Source: Rudaea sp.
Lineage (GTDB): Bacteria > Pseudomonadota > Gammaproteobacteria > Xanthomonadales > Rhodanobacteraceae
Assembly (NCBI GenBank): GCA_040002515.1
Contig: JBDUEI010000023.1
Location: forward strand, 8,081 to 72,080
Direction of reading: 5' to 3'
DNA: 64,000 bases
In this document: positions 29,848-39,000 of the stretch, piece after piece
Position numbering within the stretch: position 1 is the stretch's first letter
How the letters are laid out: each line of letters starts with the position of its first letter
The notes under the pieces: generated by a model
The model's database searches: none
What the model saw: the letters and a program-made list of their open reading frames with translations, nothing else
What the model was told of the DNA's origin: nothing
Translations under genes and position numbers: made by a program

Positions 29848-30126
29848 ATGATTCGTTCGTTCCGTCACAAGGGGCTGCGGCGCTTTTTCGAAACGGGAAG
29901 CACAGCAGGGATTCAACCGAGTCACGCACGGCGATTGCAGGCGATTCTCACCCTGCTGGATGCAGCTAAAGTCATCGAAGATTTAGGTGCTTCGCGGTTG
30001 AAACTACACGCCCTCAGAGGTCAGCAGCATGGGCGTTGGTCGGTTTGGGTCAACGGCAATTGGCGCTTAACTTTCGAGCTATATGATTCACATGTATCCG
30101 TGCTCGACTATGAGGATTATCACTAA
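29848..30126 (+). CDS. higB: HigB toxin (RelE/ParE superfamily)
   Basis: MIRSFRHKGLRRFFE..LHAL.G...WSVWVNGNWRLTF..LDYEDYH; toxin-first order. Confidence 0.93.
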   Translation: MIRSFRHKGLRRFFETGSTAGIQPSHARRLQAILTLLDAAKVIEDLGASRLKLHALRGQQHGRWSVWVNGNWRLTFELYDSHVSVLDYEDYH

Positions 30127-30419
30127 TGGCTATGTACAACCCGATGCATCCAGGCGAATTCATCATGGAAATCTATCTGGAAGAACATGGCATCAGTGGC
30201 CGCGAACTGGCCGAGAAACTTGATGTTTCCCCCTCCACGCTTAATCGCATCCTCAAAGGTACCAGCGGCATCACGCCTGAAATGGCATTGCGTCTTTCGA
30301 AAACGCTCGGCCCTTCTCCCGAAATGTGGCTGCAAATGCAGCAAAATTACGATCTCTGGCACGCACGTCGGAATCTGAATCTGAAACGCGTGACGAAGCT
30401 CAAACTGAAAGCGGCCTGA
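30126..30419 (+). CDS. higA: HigA antitoxin (HTH)
   Basis: HPGEF; HTH; ITPEMALRLSK; WLQMQQNYDLW; TAATG coupling with higB. Confidence 0.93.
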   Translation: MAMYNPMHPGEFIMEIYLEEHGISGRELAEKLDVSPSTLNRILKGTSGITPEMALRLSKTLGPSPEMWLQMQQNYDLWHARRNLNLKRVTKLKLKAA

Positions 30420-30841
30420 TGCCCCGAGCGGATTTCTATCTGATCGATAAACCGCGCTTCCGCGACGATCCGTTATTGCTCGTCTGCGAACTTACGAAGC
30501 GCGCGTTCGATGCGGGACAGTCGGCGTTGATTCTGACGCGTTCGTTCGATCAAGCCGAACAGCTCGATGAGAAACTGTGGGAATTCGCCGACGACGTGTT
30601 CATCCCGCATCAGATCGCCGGCGACGAAGACGATGCGATCACGCCAGTTCTGATCGTGCCTCCGGATTCCATCACCGAGGATCGCGCGCTGGTTATCAAT
30701 CTGCGCGAAGACGCGGCACCGGGCTTGTTCGATCGCGTGCTGGAAGTCGTGCCCGCCGAACAGTCCGAACGTGATGGGTCGCGCAAACGCTGGGCGATGT
30801 ACAAGGCCGCCGGTTTCGAAGTCGCCAAGCACGACATGTGA
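30419..30841 (+). CDS. holC: DNA polymerase III chi subunit
   Basis: MPRADFYLI; LDEKLW..FIPH; VINL; pepA-holC-valS synteny; ATG overlaps the higA stop. Confidence 0.92.
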   Translation: MPRADFYLIDKPRFRDDPLLLVCELTKRAFDAGQSALILTRSFDQAEQLDEKLWEFADDVFIPHQIAGDEDDAITPVLIVPPDSITEDRALVINLREDAAPGLFDRVLEVVPAEQSERDGSRKRWAMYKAAGFEVAKHDM

Positions 30842-31033
30842 CCTTGGCGCTTATTTCTCCGCCCACACACCAGTAACGCCATCGATCTAAACGCTCGATC
30901 GTGCGGAAGTTGACGCCGGTTGCGGCATGGGCGCGGCGCGCTTCTTGGGAATGGCGCTTAGCCCCGCTACAATTCCTATAGACCTCTTCACCCTTTTCAA
31001 AACCCGCTCGATCGGGATAGGCAGCCTTACTCC

Positions 31034-33886
31034 GTGGAAAAAAGTTTCGACCCGCGCAGCATCGAAAACAAGTGGTATTCCCGCTGGGATGCCGACGGGC
31101 TGTTCGCACCTAGCGGCGACGGCGTGCCGTATTGCATTCTGCTGCCGCCGCCGAACGTCACCGGCACGTTGCACATGGGACATGCGTTCCAGCAAACGAT
31201 CATGGATGCGCTGGTTCGATACCACCGCATGCGCGGCATGCGCGCGTTGTGGCAGGGCGGCACCGATCACGCTGGTATCGCCACTCAAAAAATCGTCGAA
31301 AACCAACTCGCCGCGCAAGATAAATCGCGTCACGATCTGGGCCGCGAAAAATTCGTCGAGCGCGTGTGGGAATGGAAAGAGGAATCCGGCTCGACGATCA
31401 GCAACCAGATGCGCCGCCTCGGCGCGTCGATCGACTGGTCGCGCGAACGCTTCACGATGGACGACGGTTTGTCCGCCGCGGTGCGTCGTGTATTTGTGCA
31501 ATGGTATAGAGATGGACTTTTATACCGCGGCCTGCGCCTGGTGAACTGGGACCCGGTGTTGATGACGGCGATTTCCGATCTCGAAGTCAATAGCGAAGAA
31601 CGCGACGGACACATGTGGCACATCCTGTATCCGTTCAGCGAAGGTCCGCAAAAAGACGTCGATGGCAACGACATGCGCGGCATGACGATTGCCACGACGC
31701 GCCCGGAGACGATGCTCGCCGACGGCGCGCTGGCGGTGCATCCTGACGATGAGCGTTACAAACATTTCGTCGGAAAATTCGTCGACCTGCCGTTGTGCGA
31801 TCGTCGCATTCCGATCATCGCCGACGATTTCGTCGATCCCGCGTTCGGCAGCGGTTGCGTGAAGATCACCGGCGCGCACGATTTCAACGATTACGCCTGC
31901 GCCAAACGCCACAACATCGAGATGATCGTCATCATGACGCTCGATGCGAAAATGAACGATAACGCGCCGGAAAAATATCGCGGCATGGATCGCTACGTCG
32001 CGCGCAAAGCCGTCGTCGCCGATCTGGAAGCGCAGGGTTATCTCGTCAAGATCGTGCCGCACAAAAATCAGGTCCCGGTGGGCGATCGCTCTGGTGTCGT
32101 CGTCGAACCGATGCTCACGGATCAATGGTTCCTCGACCTCACGCGCGACACGCAACCGGATGGCCGTCTCGGCGGGCGCCGCGCGATCACCGAACCTGCG
32201 TTGAATGCGGTGAAGGACGGCAAGGTTAAATTCGTCCCCGAAAACTGGAACACCACGTACAACCAATGGCTGGAAAACATCCAGGACTGGTGTGTCAGCC
32301 GTCAGCTGTGGTGGGGCCATCGCATTCCGGCGTGGTACGACGAAGCCGGAAATATTTTCGTCGGTGAAGACGAAGACGATGCGCGCGCGCATTCGCAAGC
32401 CGCACCGGTCGGCGCGCTGCGCCAGGACGATGACGTGCTCGACACCTGGTTCTCGTCGGCGTTGTGGCCGTTCTCCACGATGGGCTGGCCGTCGAACGAA
32501 CCTGTTGTCGAAGGCGGCCGCATCGTCGCGAACTGGCCGCAGGACGAAAGCTATCTGCCGAGCAACGTGCTCGTCACCGGCTTCGACATCATCTTTTTCT
32601 GGGTCGCCCGCATGATCATGGCGACGCAGTATTTCATCGGCAAAGTACCGTTCCACGAGGTGTACATCAACGCCATCGTGCGCGATGCCGACGGCCAGAA
32701 GATGTCGAAGTCTAAAGGCAACACGATCGATCCGCTCGATCTCATCGACGGCATCGTACTCGATGCGCTGGTGAAGAAATCGACCGCGTCGCTGTTGATC
32801 CCGCAGGTTCGCGAGAAAGTCGAAAAACGCATCCGCAAGGATTATCCGGACGGCATCGCGGCCGTCGGCGTCGATGCGTTGCGCTTTACGTTCGCCGCAC
32901 TCGCGACGTATGGACGCACGATCAATTTCGATCTGAAACGCGCCGAAGGCTACAAGAATTTCTGCAACAAGTTATGGAACGCGGCGCGCTTCGTGGTGAT
33001 GAATTGCGAAGGCTTCACTGTCGCTCCCGATGCGAAGTTTGCACCGACATCGGATGCGGAAAAATGGATCCTCACGCAGTTCGAACGCACGCTCAAGGAC
33101 GTCGAATTGCAGATGCCGTTGTACCGCTTCGATCTCGTTGCGCAGGCGCTATACGAATTCACCTGGAATATCTATTGCGATTGGTTCCTCGAATTCGCCA
33201 AACCCGCATTGGCCGATCCAGCGCACGCCGATTCGACCAAACACACCTTGTTGTTCGTGCTCGAAGCGCTGTTGCGCGCGCTGCACCCGATCATTCCGTT
33301 CATCACCGAAGAAATCTGGCAGACCATCGCGCCGATGCTCGGTAAATCCGGCGGGAGCATTTCCACGCAACGTTATCCGCTATCGCCGCAGTTCGGCCTG
33401 TTCTCCGATGCCGTCGCCGAACAATCGATCGAATGGCTGCGCGACGTGCTCACGCAAGTTCGACGCATTCGCAGCGAAATGAACATCACACCCGGCAAAA
33501 CCATTCCGCTGCTATACGCGAACGGCAATTCCGTCGATCGTGTGCTGGCGACGAAATTCGACGCGCAGATCGCGTTCCTCGCGCGCACCGAATCGCAGCG
33601 CTGGCTCGGCGAAAAGGAACCGGAACCGGCCAGCGCCGCGGCCATCGTCGGCGACATGAAAATCCTGATTCCGCTGGCGGGACTGATCGATCTCGACGCG
33701 GAGAAGACGCGCCTAGCGAAGGAAATCAAGCGCGTGGATGGCGAGATCGTGAAAGTGAATGCCAAATTATCGAACGAAAATTTCGTCGCGAATGCGCCTG
33801 TCGCGGTGGTCGAAGAAATGAAGCAACGCCTGAGCGACTTTCAAAAACTGCTCACGGGTCTGAACGAGCAACTCGGCAAACTGTAG
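31034..33886 (+). CDS. valS: Valine--tRNA ligase
   Basis: PPPNVTGTLHMGH; DWCVSRQLWWGH; KMSKS; C-terminal coiled coil. Confidence 0.98.
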   Translation: MEKSFDPRSIENKWYSRWDADGLFAPSGDGVPYCILLPPPNVTGTLHMGHAFQQTIMDALVRYHRMRGMRALWQGGTDHAGIATQKIVENQLAAQDKSRHDLGREKFVERVWEWKEESGSTISNQMRRLGASIDWSRERFTMDDGLSAAVRRVFVQWYRDGLLYRGLRLVNWDPVLMTAISDLEVNSEERDGHMWHILYPFSEGPQKDVDGNDMRGMTIATTRPETMLADGALAVHPDDERYKHFVGKFVDLPLCDRRIPIIADDFVDPAFGSGCVKITGAHDFNDYACAKRHNIEMIVIMTLDAKMNDNAPEKYRGMDRYVARKAVVADLEAQGYLVKIVPHKNQVPVGDRSGVVVEPMLTDQWFLDLTRDTQPDGRLGGRRAITEPALNAVKDGKVKFVPENWNTTYNQWLENIQDWCVSRQLWWGHRIPAWYDEAGNIFVGEDEDDARAHSQAAPVGALRQDDDVLDTWFSSALWPFSTMGWPSNEPVVEGGRIVANWPQDESYLPSNVLVTGFDIIFFWVARMIMATQYFIGKVPFHEVYINAIVRDADGQKMSKSKGNTIDPLDLIDGIVLDALVKKSTASLLIPQVREKVEKRIRKDYPDGIAAVGVDALRFTFAALATYGRTINFDLKRAEGYKNFCNKLWNAARFVVMNCEGFTVAPDAKFAPTSDAEKWILTQFERTLKDVELQMPLYRFDLVAQALYEFTWNIYCDWFLEFAKPALADPAHADSTKHTLLFVLEALLRALHPIIPFITEEIWQTIAPMLGKSGGSISTQRYPLSPQFGLFSDAVAEQSIEWLRDVLTQVRRIRSEMNITPGKTIPLLYANGNSVDRVLATKFDAQIAFLARTESQRWLGEKEPEPASAAAIVGDMKILIPLAGLIDLDAEKTRLAKEIKRVDGEIVKVNAKLSNENFVANAPVAVVEEMKQRLSDFQKLLTGLNEQLGKL

Positions 33887-33891
33887 CGCGA

Positions 33892-34371
33892 TCAGTTTTC
33901 CGGCGGCATCAATTCCATGGCCATCACGATCGCATCTTCGCGGCCGCGCTTGGCCGGATAATAGTTCGGGCGTTTGCCGATCTCGTTGAAGCCGAGTTTG
34001 TCGTATAGCGCGATCGCACGATCGTTCGACGGACGTACTTCGAGAAACACGCGCTCGGCACGATGCCAGCGCGCCAGATCGATCAACCGTTCCATCAAAT
34101 GCTTGCCGTGACCGCGCGATTGCTGGTCGCCGGCAACGCACACGTTGAGGATGTGCGCTTCGCCCGCGGCGACGGAGAGAACGCCGTAACCGATCACCTC
34201 GATTCCCTGCGCCAACACCCAGCAGTTATAACCGGCGCGCAAACAATCGCGAAAGATGCCGAGCGTCCAGGGAAATTCGTAGGCGGCCAGCTCGATCGCC
34301 ACGACATGATCGAGATCTTCCACGCGCATCGGCCGCACCAGCGGGTACGGTTCTTTGAGATTCGCGACCAT
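33892..34371 (-). CDS. rimI: Ribosomal protein S18 alanine N-acetyltransferase
   Basis: EAHILNVCV; FLEVRPSN..A..LY..GF..G.R.NYY..REDAIVM; start MVANLK overlaps the upstream stop. Confidence 0.93.
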   Translation of the reverse strand: MVANLKEPYPLVRPMRVEDLDHVVAIELAAYEFPWTLGIFRDCLRAGYNCWVLAQGIEVIGYGVLSVAAGEAHILNVCVAGDQQSRGHGKHLMERLIDLARWHRAERVFLEVRPSNDRAIALYDKLGFNEIGKRPNYYPAKRGREDAIVMAMELMPPEN

Positions 34372-34823
34372 CAGTGCAACTCGCGCGCCCGGCGCGCGAT
34401 GGGTTTGAGCGTCTGCCACAGCGCGCACTTGGAAATCGCCGAACCGAAACTGATCGACGGCTCGTCCGCCACGGCGATGACCGAGGTGTTCTGCTGCGTC
34501 GCCGACAGATGCGCGCCGAGCGATCGCGCGAGCGCCGCGCCCAGCACGAGATAGGCATGCGCGAGCGGCACGGTCTCGAATGAATTGTCCGCGTCCGCGG
34601 CGAGCCAGCGGATGTGGTCTGCCTCGATACCCAAAACCGTCGGCAGCGATTTGCGCAAATGTGCGCATTGTGGACTTTTCAACACCGCATCCGACGCGGC
34701 GACGACCAGCCACTCACCATCGCTCGACGCACTATCATTTTTTGGCGCGACCGCACCGCGCAGCACATAAACCTCTATATCCATCGCCGCGAGCATGTCG
34801 CGGCGTTGCGCTTCAGCCAGCAT
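34371..34823 (-). CDS. Hypothetical protein, candidate divergent DNA polymerase III psi subunit (HolD-like)
   Basis: N-terminal RRDMLAAMDIEVYVLR and C-terminal KCALWQTL resemble the psi termini; directly upstream of rimI, as holD is in E. coli. Confidence 0.55.
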   Translation of the reverse strand: MLAEAQRRDMLAAMDIEVYVLRGAVAPKNDSASSDGEWLVVAASDAVLKSPQCAHLRKSLPTVLGIEADHIRWLAADADNSFETVPLAHAYLVLGAALARSLGAHLSATQQNTSVIAVADEPSISFGSAISKCALWQTLKPIARRARELH

Positions 34824-35421
34824 GTGCGTCTTTGCCCAGCGCGGCCAGATCGGTGTAGAACTTCGCGAACGCCTGATCGACGGCGGCGCCGAAGGCGGCA
34901 ACGGTGCCGGCGATTGTCGCATCCGCCGCGTTGGCATCGGCGGCATAGGTTTGCTCCAGCACGGGCTCGCCGCTGTCCTGCTCGATGCGAATATCGAACG
35001 CGACATGCGCGGTGAACGTCTGGCCGTTCTGCACGCGCTCGTAGCGCGTGATTTTGCCCTGCACGCGCAGGGCCTGATTGCTGGCCGGCAACGAGTCGGT
35101 TACCAGCGCTGACACGCCTGAATCGCGCAGCATCTGCGTCAGGCGCGACTGCAAACCGCGCGAGGGCGGATCGCCCCACAACTGATAATGATAAGTGCGC
35201 AACGTCGTCTGATTGTCACTGGTCGAGTAGATCAACGCTTGTTCAGCGTAAATGCCTTCGCCGCGGAACACTTCGACTTCGATCGGCAACGACGTCAGCG
35301 GTGGATCGGCGTGCGGCAGCGCGGTCGGCGGGGGCAGACGGAAATAGGTGACATCCGGAACACTCGCAGGCGAACACGCGCCGAGAGCGAGAACGAAGAA
35401 AATCGTCAGCAATTTTTTCAT
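34813..35421 (-). CDS. ABC-type transport auxiliary lipoprotein (PqiC-like)
   Basis: Lipobox ALGAC; TYFRL; YHYQLWGDPP; follows the MCE gene with ATGA overlap. Confidence 0.85.
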   Translation of the reverse strand: MKKLLTIFFVLALGACSPASVPDVTYFRLPPPTALPHADPPLTSLPIEVEVFRGEGIYAEQALIYSTSDNQTTLRTYHYQLWGDPPSRGLQSRLTQMLRDSGVSALVTDSLPASNQALRVQGKITRYERVQNGQTFTAHVAFDIRIEQDSGEPVLEQTYAADANAADATIAGTVAAFGAAVDQAFAKFYTDLAALGKDAHAG

Positions 35422-36344
35422 TGTTCGTTTTCCTGAAGCTTGTCGGCTTTCGGCGCGATGAGCAATCGGTTCGGACTCTTGCGCACTTCACGCGCGAATT
35501 CGTCGAAGTTACGACTGGCCACTTCCAGATGCTGCATGATGGAATCGACGCGACCCGACAGCGACGCGAGCACCGCACGCAGATCGTTCACCGATTGACG
35601 CACGCCCGGACGGTTTTCTTTGGCGATGCTATCCAGCTGACCGATGGCATCGTCGAGCTTCTGCTGTGTACCTTTCAGTTCGTGCGTCAAATCGCGCGTG
35701 TTGGCGAGGATCGACGAGAGCGCCGCGCGGTTTTCGGGCTTCAGTAAATCGTTGACGGATTCCGACGCCGTATTCAAACGTCCGAGCAGGATTTTCGATT
35801 GCTCGACCAGTTCCGGTGTGTTCTTGTCGATCACCGATGCGATCGAATCGACGTGCTGCGACAGATTCTTGATCAGCGGCGCGATCTGATCGCGCGTCAG
35901 TTCCGTGAGCTGTCCGGCGAGTTCGTTCATGGCGGAAAAAATATCCGCGTTCTCGGCGCCTTTGAGTTCACTGCCCGGCACGGCGGGATCTTTGCTCACG
36001 CCCTCACTAATGCCGATGGCGACATCGGCGAGCAGACCGCTGGAGGTGAGATGCGCAACGCTGTCTTTCGGGATCGGCCAGTCCTTGCGTACATCGAGTT
36101 CGATCTTGTACGTCGTGCCCTTGTCGGTGCGTTCCGGAATGATCTTGCCGACCTGACCGATGCGGAAACCTTCGTAAAAAACCGGCGCGCCGAATCGCAG
36201 ACCGGTCACGTTGCGGTAGTGCGTGAAGTAGTCGCTGCTCGCGCCGCCGCGTCCGGAAATCATCGCGAGCGTTCCGAGCAGCAGCAAAAAGGCGGCGATC
36301 ACCACGCCGCCGACTAGAATGTAATTCACGTTGTCGCGCTTCAT
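35418..36344 (-). CDS. MCE/MlaD-family protein with long helical C-terminal region
   Basis: NYILVGG TM; NVTGLRFGAPVFYEGFRIGQV MCE motif; SGLLAD; coiled-coil tail ending SPNRLL. Confidence 0.9.
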   Translation of the reverse strand: MKRDNVNYILVGGVVIAAFLLLLGTLAMISGRGGASSDYFTHYRNVTGLRFGAPVFYEGFRIGQVGKIIPERTDKGTTYKIELDVRKDWPIPKDSVAHLTSSGLLADVAIGISEGVSKDPAVPGSELKGAENADIFSAMNELAGQLTELTRDQIAPLIKNLSQHVDSIASVIDKNTPELVEQSKILLGRLNTASESVNDLLKPENRAALSSILANTRDLTHELKGTQQKLDDAIGQLDSIAKENRPGVRQSVNDLRAVLASLSGRVDSIMQHLEVASRNFDEFAREVRKSPNRLLIAPKADKLQENEQ

Positions 36345-36360
36345 CGCTCCATCCCCTTGC

Positions 36361-37179
36361 TCACGCGGCTTGTTCTTCCGTCAATCGTTTCAGATACGCA
36401 TCGGCATCCACATGGATTTCACGCGGACGCCGGTTCAACAAATCCTGGATTCGCTCGTTGTCGGCGTGACGCACGTCGTCGACCTTCCCCGTCATCAGGA
36501 TATTGCCCTGATCGAGCACTGTGATGGTATCGGCAATCTTGAACGCGCTTTCCAGTTCATGCGTGACCACGACGATGGTCATGCGCAGCGCATCGCGCAG
36601 GCGCAATATCAGTTCGTCGAGTTCAGCCGAGACGACCGGATCCAAACCCGCCGACGGTTCGTCGAAAAACAGCAGTTTCGGATCCATCACGATGGCCCGC
36701 GCGAGCGCCGCGCGCTTGATCATGCCGCCGGAGAGCTGGCTCGGCATCAGGTCCTGAAATCCGCCGAGATTGACGACTTCGAGTTTGAGCCGGCTCATGA
36801 TACGAATCGTGTTTTCGTCGAGCTTGGTGTGCTCACGCAATGGCAGGCACACGTTTTCGCCGACGCTCAAGCCGGTCAGCAGTGCACCACCCTGAAACGA
36901 AACGCCGATCTGTTTTCGCACCGCGAGCATTTCCAGTTCGCTCGCATCGGCGATGTCGAGTCCGAGCAAGCGCACCGTTCCGCTGCGCGGTCGTTGCAAA
37001 CCGAGCAGATGTCGCAAAAGTGTACTTTTACCCGATCCCGATCCGCCCATGATCACGCGAATCTCACCCGCGTTCACGTTGAAGTCGACGCCTTGCAGAA
37101 TGCGTCGGCGCCCGTACCACGCCTCGAGCTTGTGTACCTCGATGAGCGGACCGGATGCGTTGGCGGCGGGAACGTTCAT
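36361..37179 (-). CDS. MlaF/Mkl-family ABC ATP-binding protein
   Basis: GGSGSGKSTLL; FQGGAL; LSGGMIKRAALARA; DEPSAGLDP; VTHE. Confidence 0.92.
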   Translation of the reverse strand: MNVPAANASGPLIEVHKLEAWYGRRRILQGVDFNVNAGEIRVIMGGSGSGKSTLLRHLLGLQRPRSGTVRLLGLDIADASELEMLAVRKQIGVSFQGGALLTGLSVGENVCLPLREHTKLDENTIRIMSRLKLEVVNLGGFQDLMPSQLSGGMIKRAALARAIVMDPKLLFFDEPSAGLDPVVSAELDELILRLRDALRMTIVVVTHELESAFKIADTITVLDQGNILMTGKVDDVRHADNERIQDLLNRRPREIHVDADAYLKRLTEEQAA

Positions 37180-37189
37180 CGTTAGCGAT

Positions 37190-37531
37190 TTATGCGGCGC
37201 GCCGTTGCGAACGTGTCGCCGATCGATACGGCACGACGGAAACGCGTAAACCGAAAGCGGTGAGAATATTGAACAGCGTGTCGTAACGTGGATTGCCGCG
37301 TTCGCTCAGCGTGCGGTAAAGCGTTTCGCGGCTGAGGCCGGTTCGTTCGGCGAGTTTGCCGAGTCCGCCGAGTGCGTCGGCGACGTTGCGCAAGGCGCGT
37401 GGCAACGCGCGCGGATCGCCGTCTTCAAGGACGGCTTCGAGAAATTCAACAATGTCGCGCTCGCCACGCAAGTAGTCAGCGGCGCGAAACGGCCGGCTAG
37501 CGGCGTGCTTGATAGTCTTTCCAGCTGGCAT
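37190..37531 (-). CDS. Putative addiction-module antidote (HI1420-like HTH)
   Basis: FRAADYL; ALRNVA; LAERTGLSRETLYRTLSERGNP; likely start MPAGK at 37531. Confidence 0.88.
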   Translation of the reverse strand: MPAGKTIKHAASRPFRAADYLRGERDIVEFLEAVLEDGDPRALPRALRNVADALGGLGKLAERTGLSRETLYRTLSERGNPRYDTLFNILTAFGLRVSVVPYRSATRSQRRAA

Positions 37532-37823
37532 GTGCTTTTTCAATGTCTTTTTTTTGACCTTGTTTATCGCCACCGACAAGAACGATGACGAGGCGATGCC
37601 CGTCTTGCCCGCAATAAACGCGGAATCCAGGACCAGTATGAATTCGCAGTTCGAAAAGCCCGCTTCCAATCGGTTTCCAATCTCCTCGCGAACCGTCGCT
37701 CAAGCGCAAGACCCGAGCGACAATTCCGTTACGCAAACTCGAATCCTTCAAACCCATCAACCATTCGCGAAAAGGGCTGCGACCAGTGATGGTCACATAC
37801 TCGCGCACTTCCATATGCGGCAT
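37497..37823 (-). CDS. Putative addiction-module killer (HI1419-like RelE/ParE toxin)
   Basis: SPFREWL..LKD; GDWKPIG.GLFELRIHTGPGFRVY; LVGGDK..QKKDI..A. Confidence 0.9.
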   Translation of the reverse strand: MPHMEVREYVTITGRSPFREWLMGLKDSSLRNGIVARVLRLSDGSRGDWKPIGSGLFELRIHTGPGFRVYCGQDGHRLVIVLVGGDKQGQKKDIEKAHASWKDYQARR

Positions 37824-37829
37824 TCCTAA

Positions 37830-37847
37830 ATTGTAGCTTAAAAGCTA
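37830..37847 (-). promoter_or_regulatory. Putative TA operator / -10 element
   Basis: Perfect inverted repeat TAGCTT-aa-AAGCTA (37834-37847) overlapping a minus-strand TACAAT (37830-37835), 6 nt before the toxin ATG. Confidence 0.6.
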
Positions 37848-37861
37848 AAGCCTTTCCGCCT

Positions 37862-38659
37862 TCACCGATTGAGAAAGAACGAAAAGATCATATCCGCGAC
37901 GATGATGTAGCAGATCGACAGCACCACCGATCGTGTGGTGGCGCGGCCGACGCCCTCGGCGCCGCCCGTCACGCCGAAGCCAGTGCTGCAGCCGATCAGC
38001 GTGATCAGCGTGGCGAACACGAACGCTTTGGAAATGCCTTGCCAGATATCGCCGCTGCTCAGGAGCGCGAGCGTCTGCGAGATGTACGCGGTCGGCGTGA
38101 CGTTGAGCGCCGACGCGCTGTACAACGCCGCGCCGACGATGGCGACGGCGTCTGAAAACATGGTAAGTACCGGCAACATCACCAGCATCGCGATCAGCGC
38201 GGGGGCGGCGAGATAGCGGATCGGCTCGATGCCCATCGTGGCGAGCGCGTCGATTTCCTGCGAGACGTTCATCGATCCGATACGTGCGGCCAGCGCGGAG
38301 CCCGAGCGGCCGGCGACGATGATCGCGGTGATCAGCGCGCCGAATTCGCGCGTGACGGATTTCGCGACGGCGACGACGACCTGCGATTGCGCGCCGAATT
38401 CCGACAGCGCGGCGATGAACTGGATGCCGAGCATGATGCCGATCGTCATCGACATCATGGTGACGATGGGTAACGCATCGACGCCGATCTGGCGCATCTG
38501 TTCGAGCACGGCGCGCGGGCGCATCGGCTGTCCGGTGCGCCAGCCCAATGCGGCAAAGTATAAACTTTCATAAAGCAGCACACCGGCGTAACCGATGCCT
38601 TCCACCGCCTGCACGGTGGCGCGGCCGATGCTCGCCAGCGGACCCGTGATGAGGTTCAT
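37862..38659 (-). CDS. MlaE-family ABC permease
   Basis: IGVDALPIV; REFGALITAIIVAGRSGSALAARIGSM..EIDAL; GGAEGVGRATTRSVV. Confidence 0.93.
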   Translation of the reverse strand: MNLITGPLASIGRATVQAVEGIGYAGVLLYESLYFAALGWRTGQPMRPRAVLEQMRQIGVDALPIVTMMSMTIGIMLGIQFIAALSEFGAQSQVVVAVAKSVTREFGALITAIIVAGRSGSALAARIGSMNVSQEIDALATMGIEPIRYLAAPALIAMLVMLPVLTMFSDAVAIVGAALYSASALNVTPTAYISQTLALLSSGDIWQGISKAFVFATLITLIGCSTGFGVTGGAEGVGRATTRSVVLSICYIIVADMIFSFFLNR

Positions 38660-39000
38660 TACGCGGCCCGGGCCGCTTCCAGACTCGGAAACATCACGAA
38701 GACGCGATCCAGGCGCGCGAGCTGCAGCACGGCCATCACGGCTTTGCTGGCGGCCACGAGATCGAACTTCTGGCCTTTTTCGCGCGCGCTCTGGAAGCCT
38801 TCGACGAGGGCTGCGATACCTGACGAATCGATGTAACTCACTTCCGATAATTCCACGCCGACTTTCTGCGAATCGCCGAGCGCGTCGAGAATCGCCTTGC
38901 GCACTTGCTGCGACCAGGACAGATCGACTTCACCTTTCAGCCGCACGAGCACGTAATCGCCGAGCGATTCGCGGACGCATTCGTTGTTGTCGTTGCTCAC
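38659..39000 (-). CDS. STAS-domain protein (anti-sigma-antagonist / MlaB-like)
   Basis: GTG start overlaps the upstream stop (GTGA); LKGEVD; VSYIDSSGIAALV containing the RsbV/SpoIIAA phospho-acceptor motif; stop overlaps the mlaE ATG (TAATG). Confidence 0.9.
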   Translation of the reverse strand: MSNDNNECVRESLGDYVLVRLKGEVDLSWSQQVRKAILDALGDSQKVGVELSEVSYIDSSGIAALVEGFQSAREKGQKFDLVAASKAVMAVLQLARLDRVFVMFPSLEAARAA

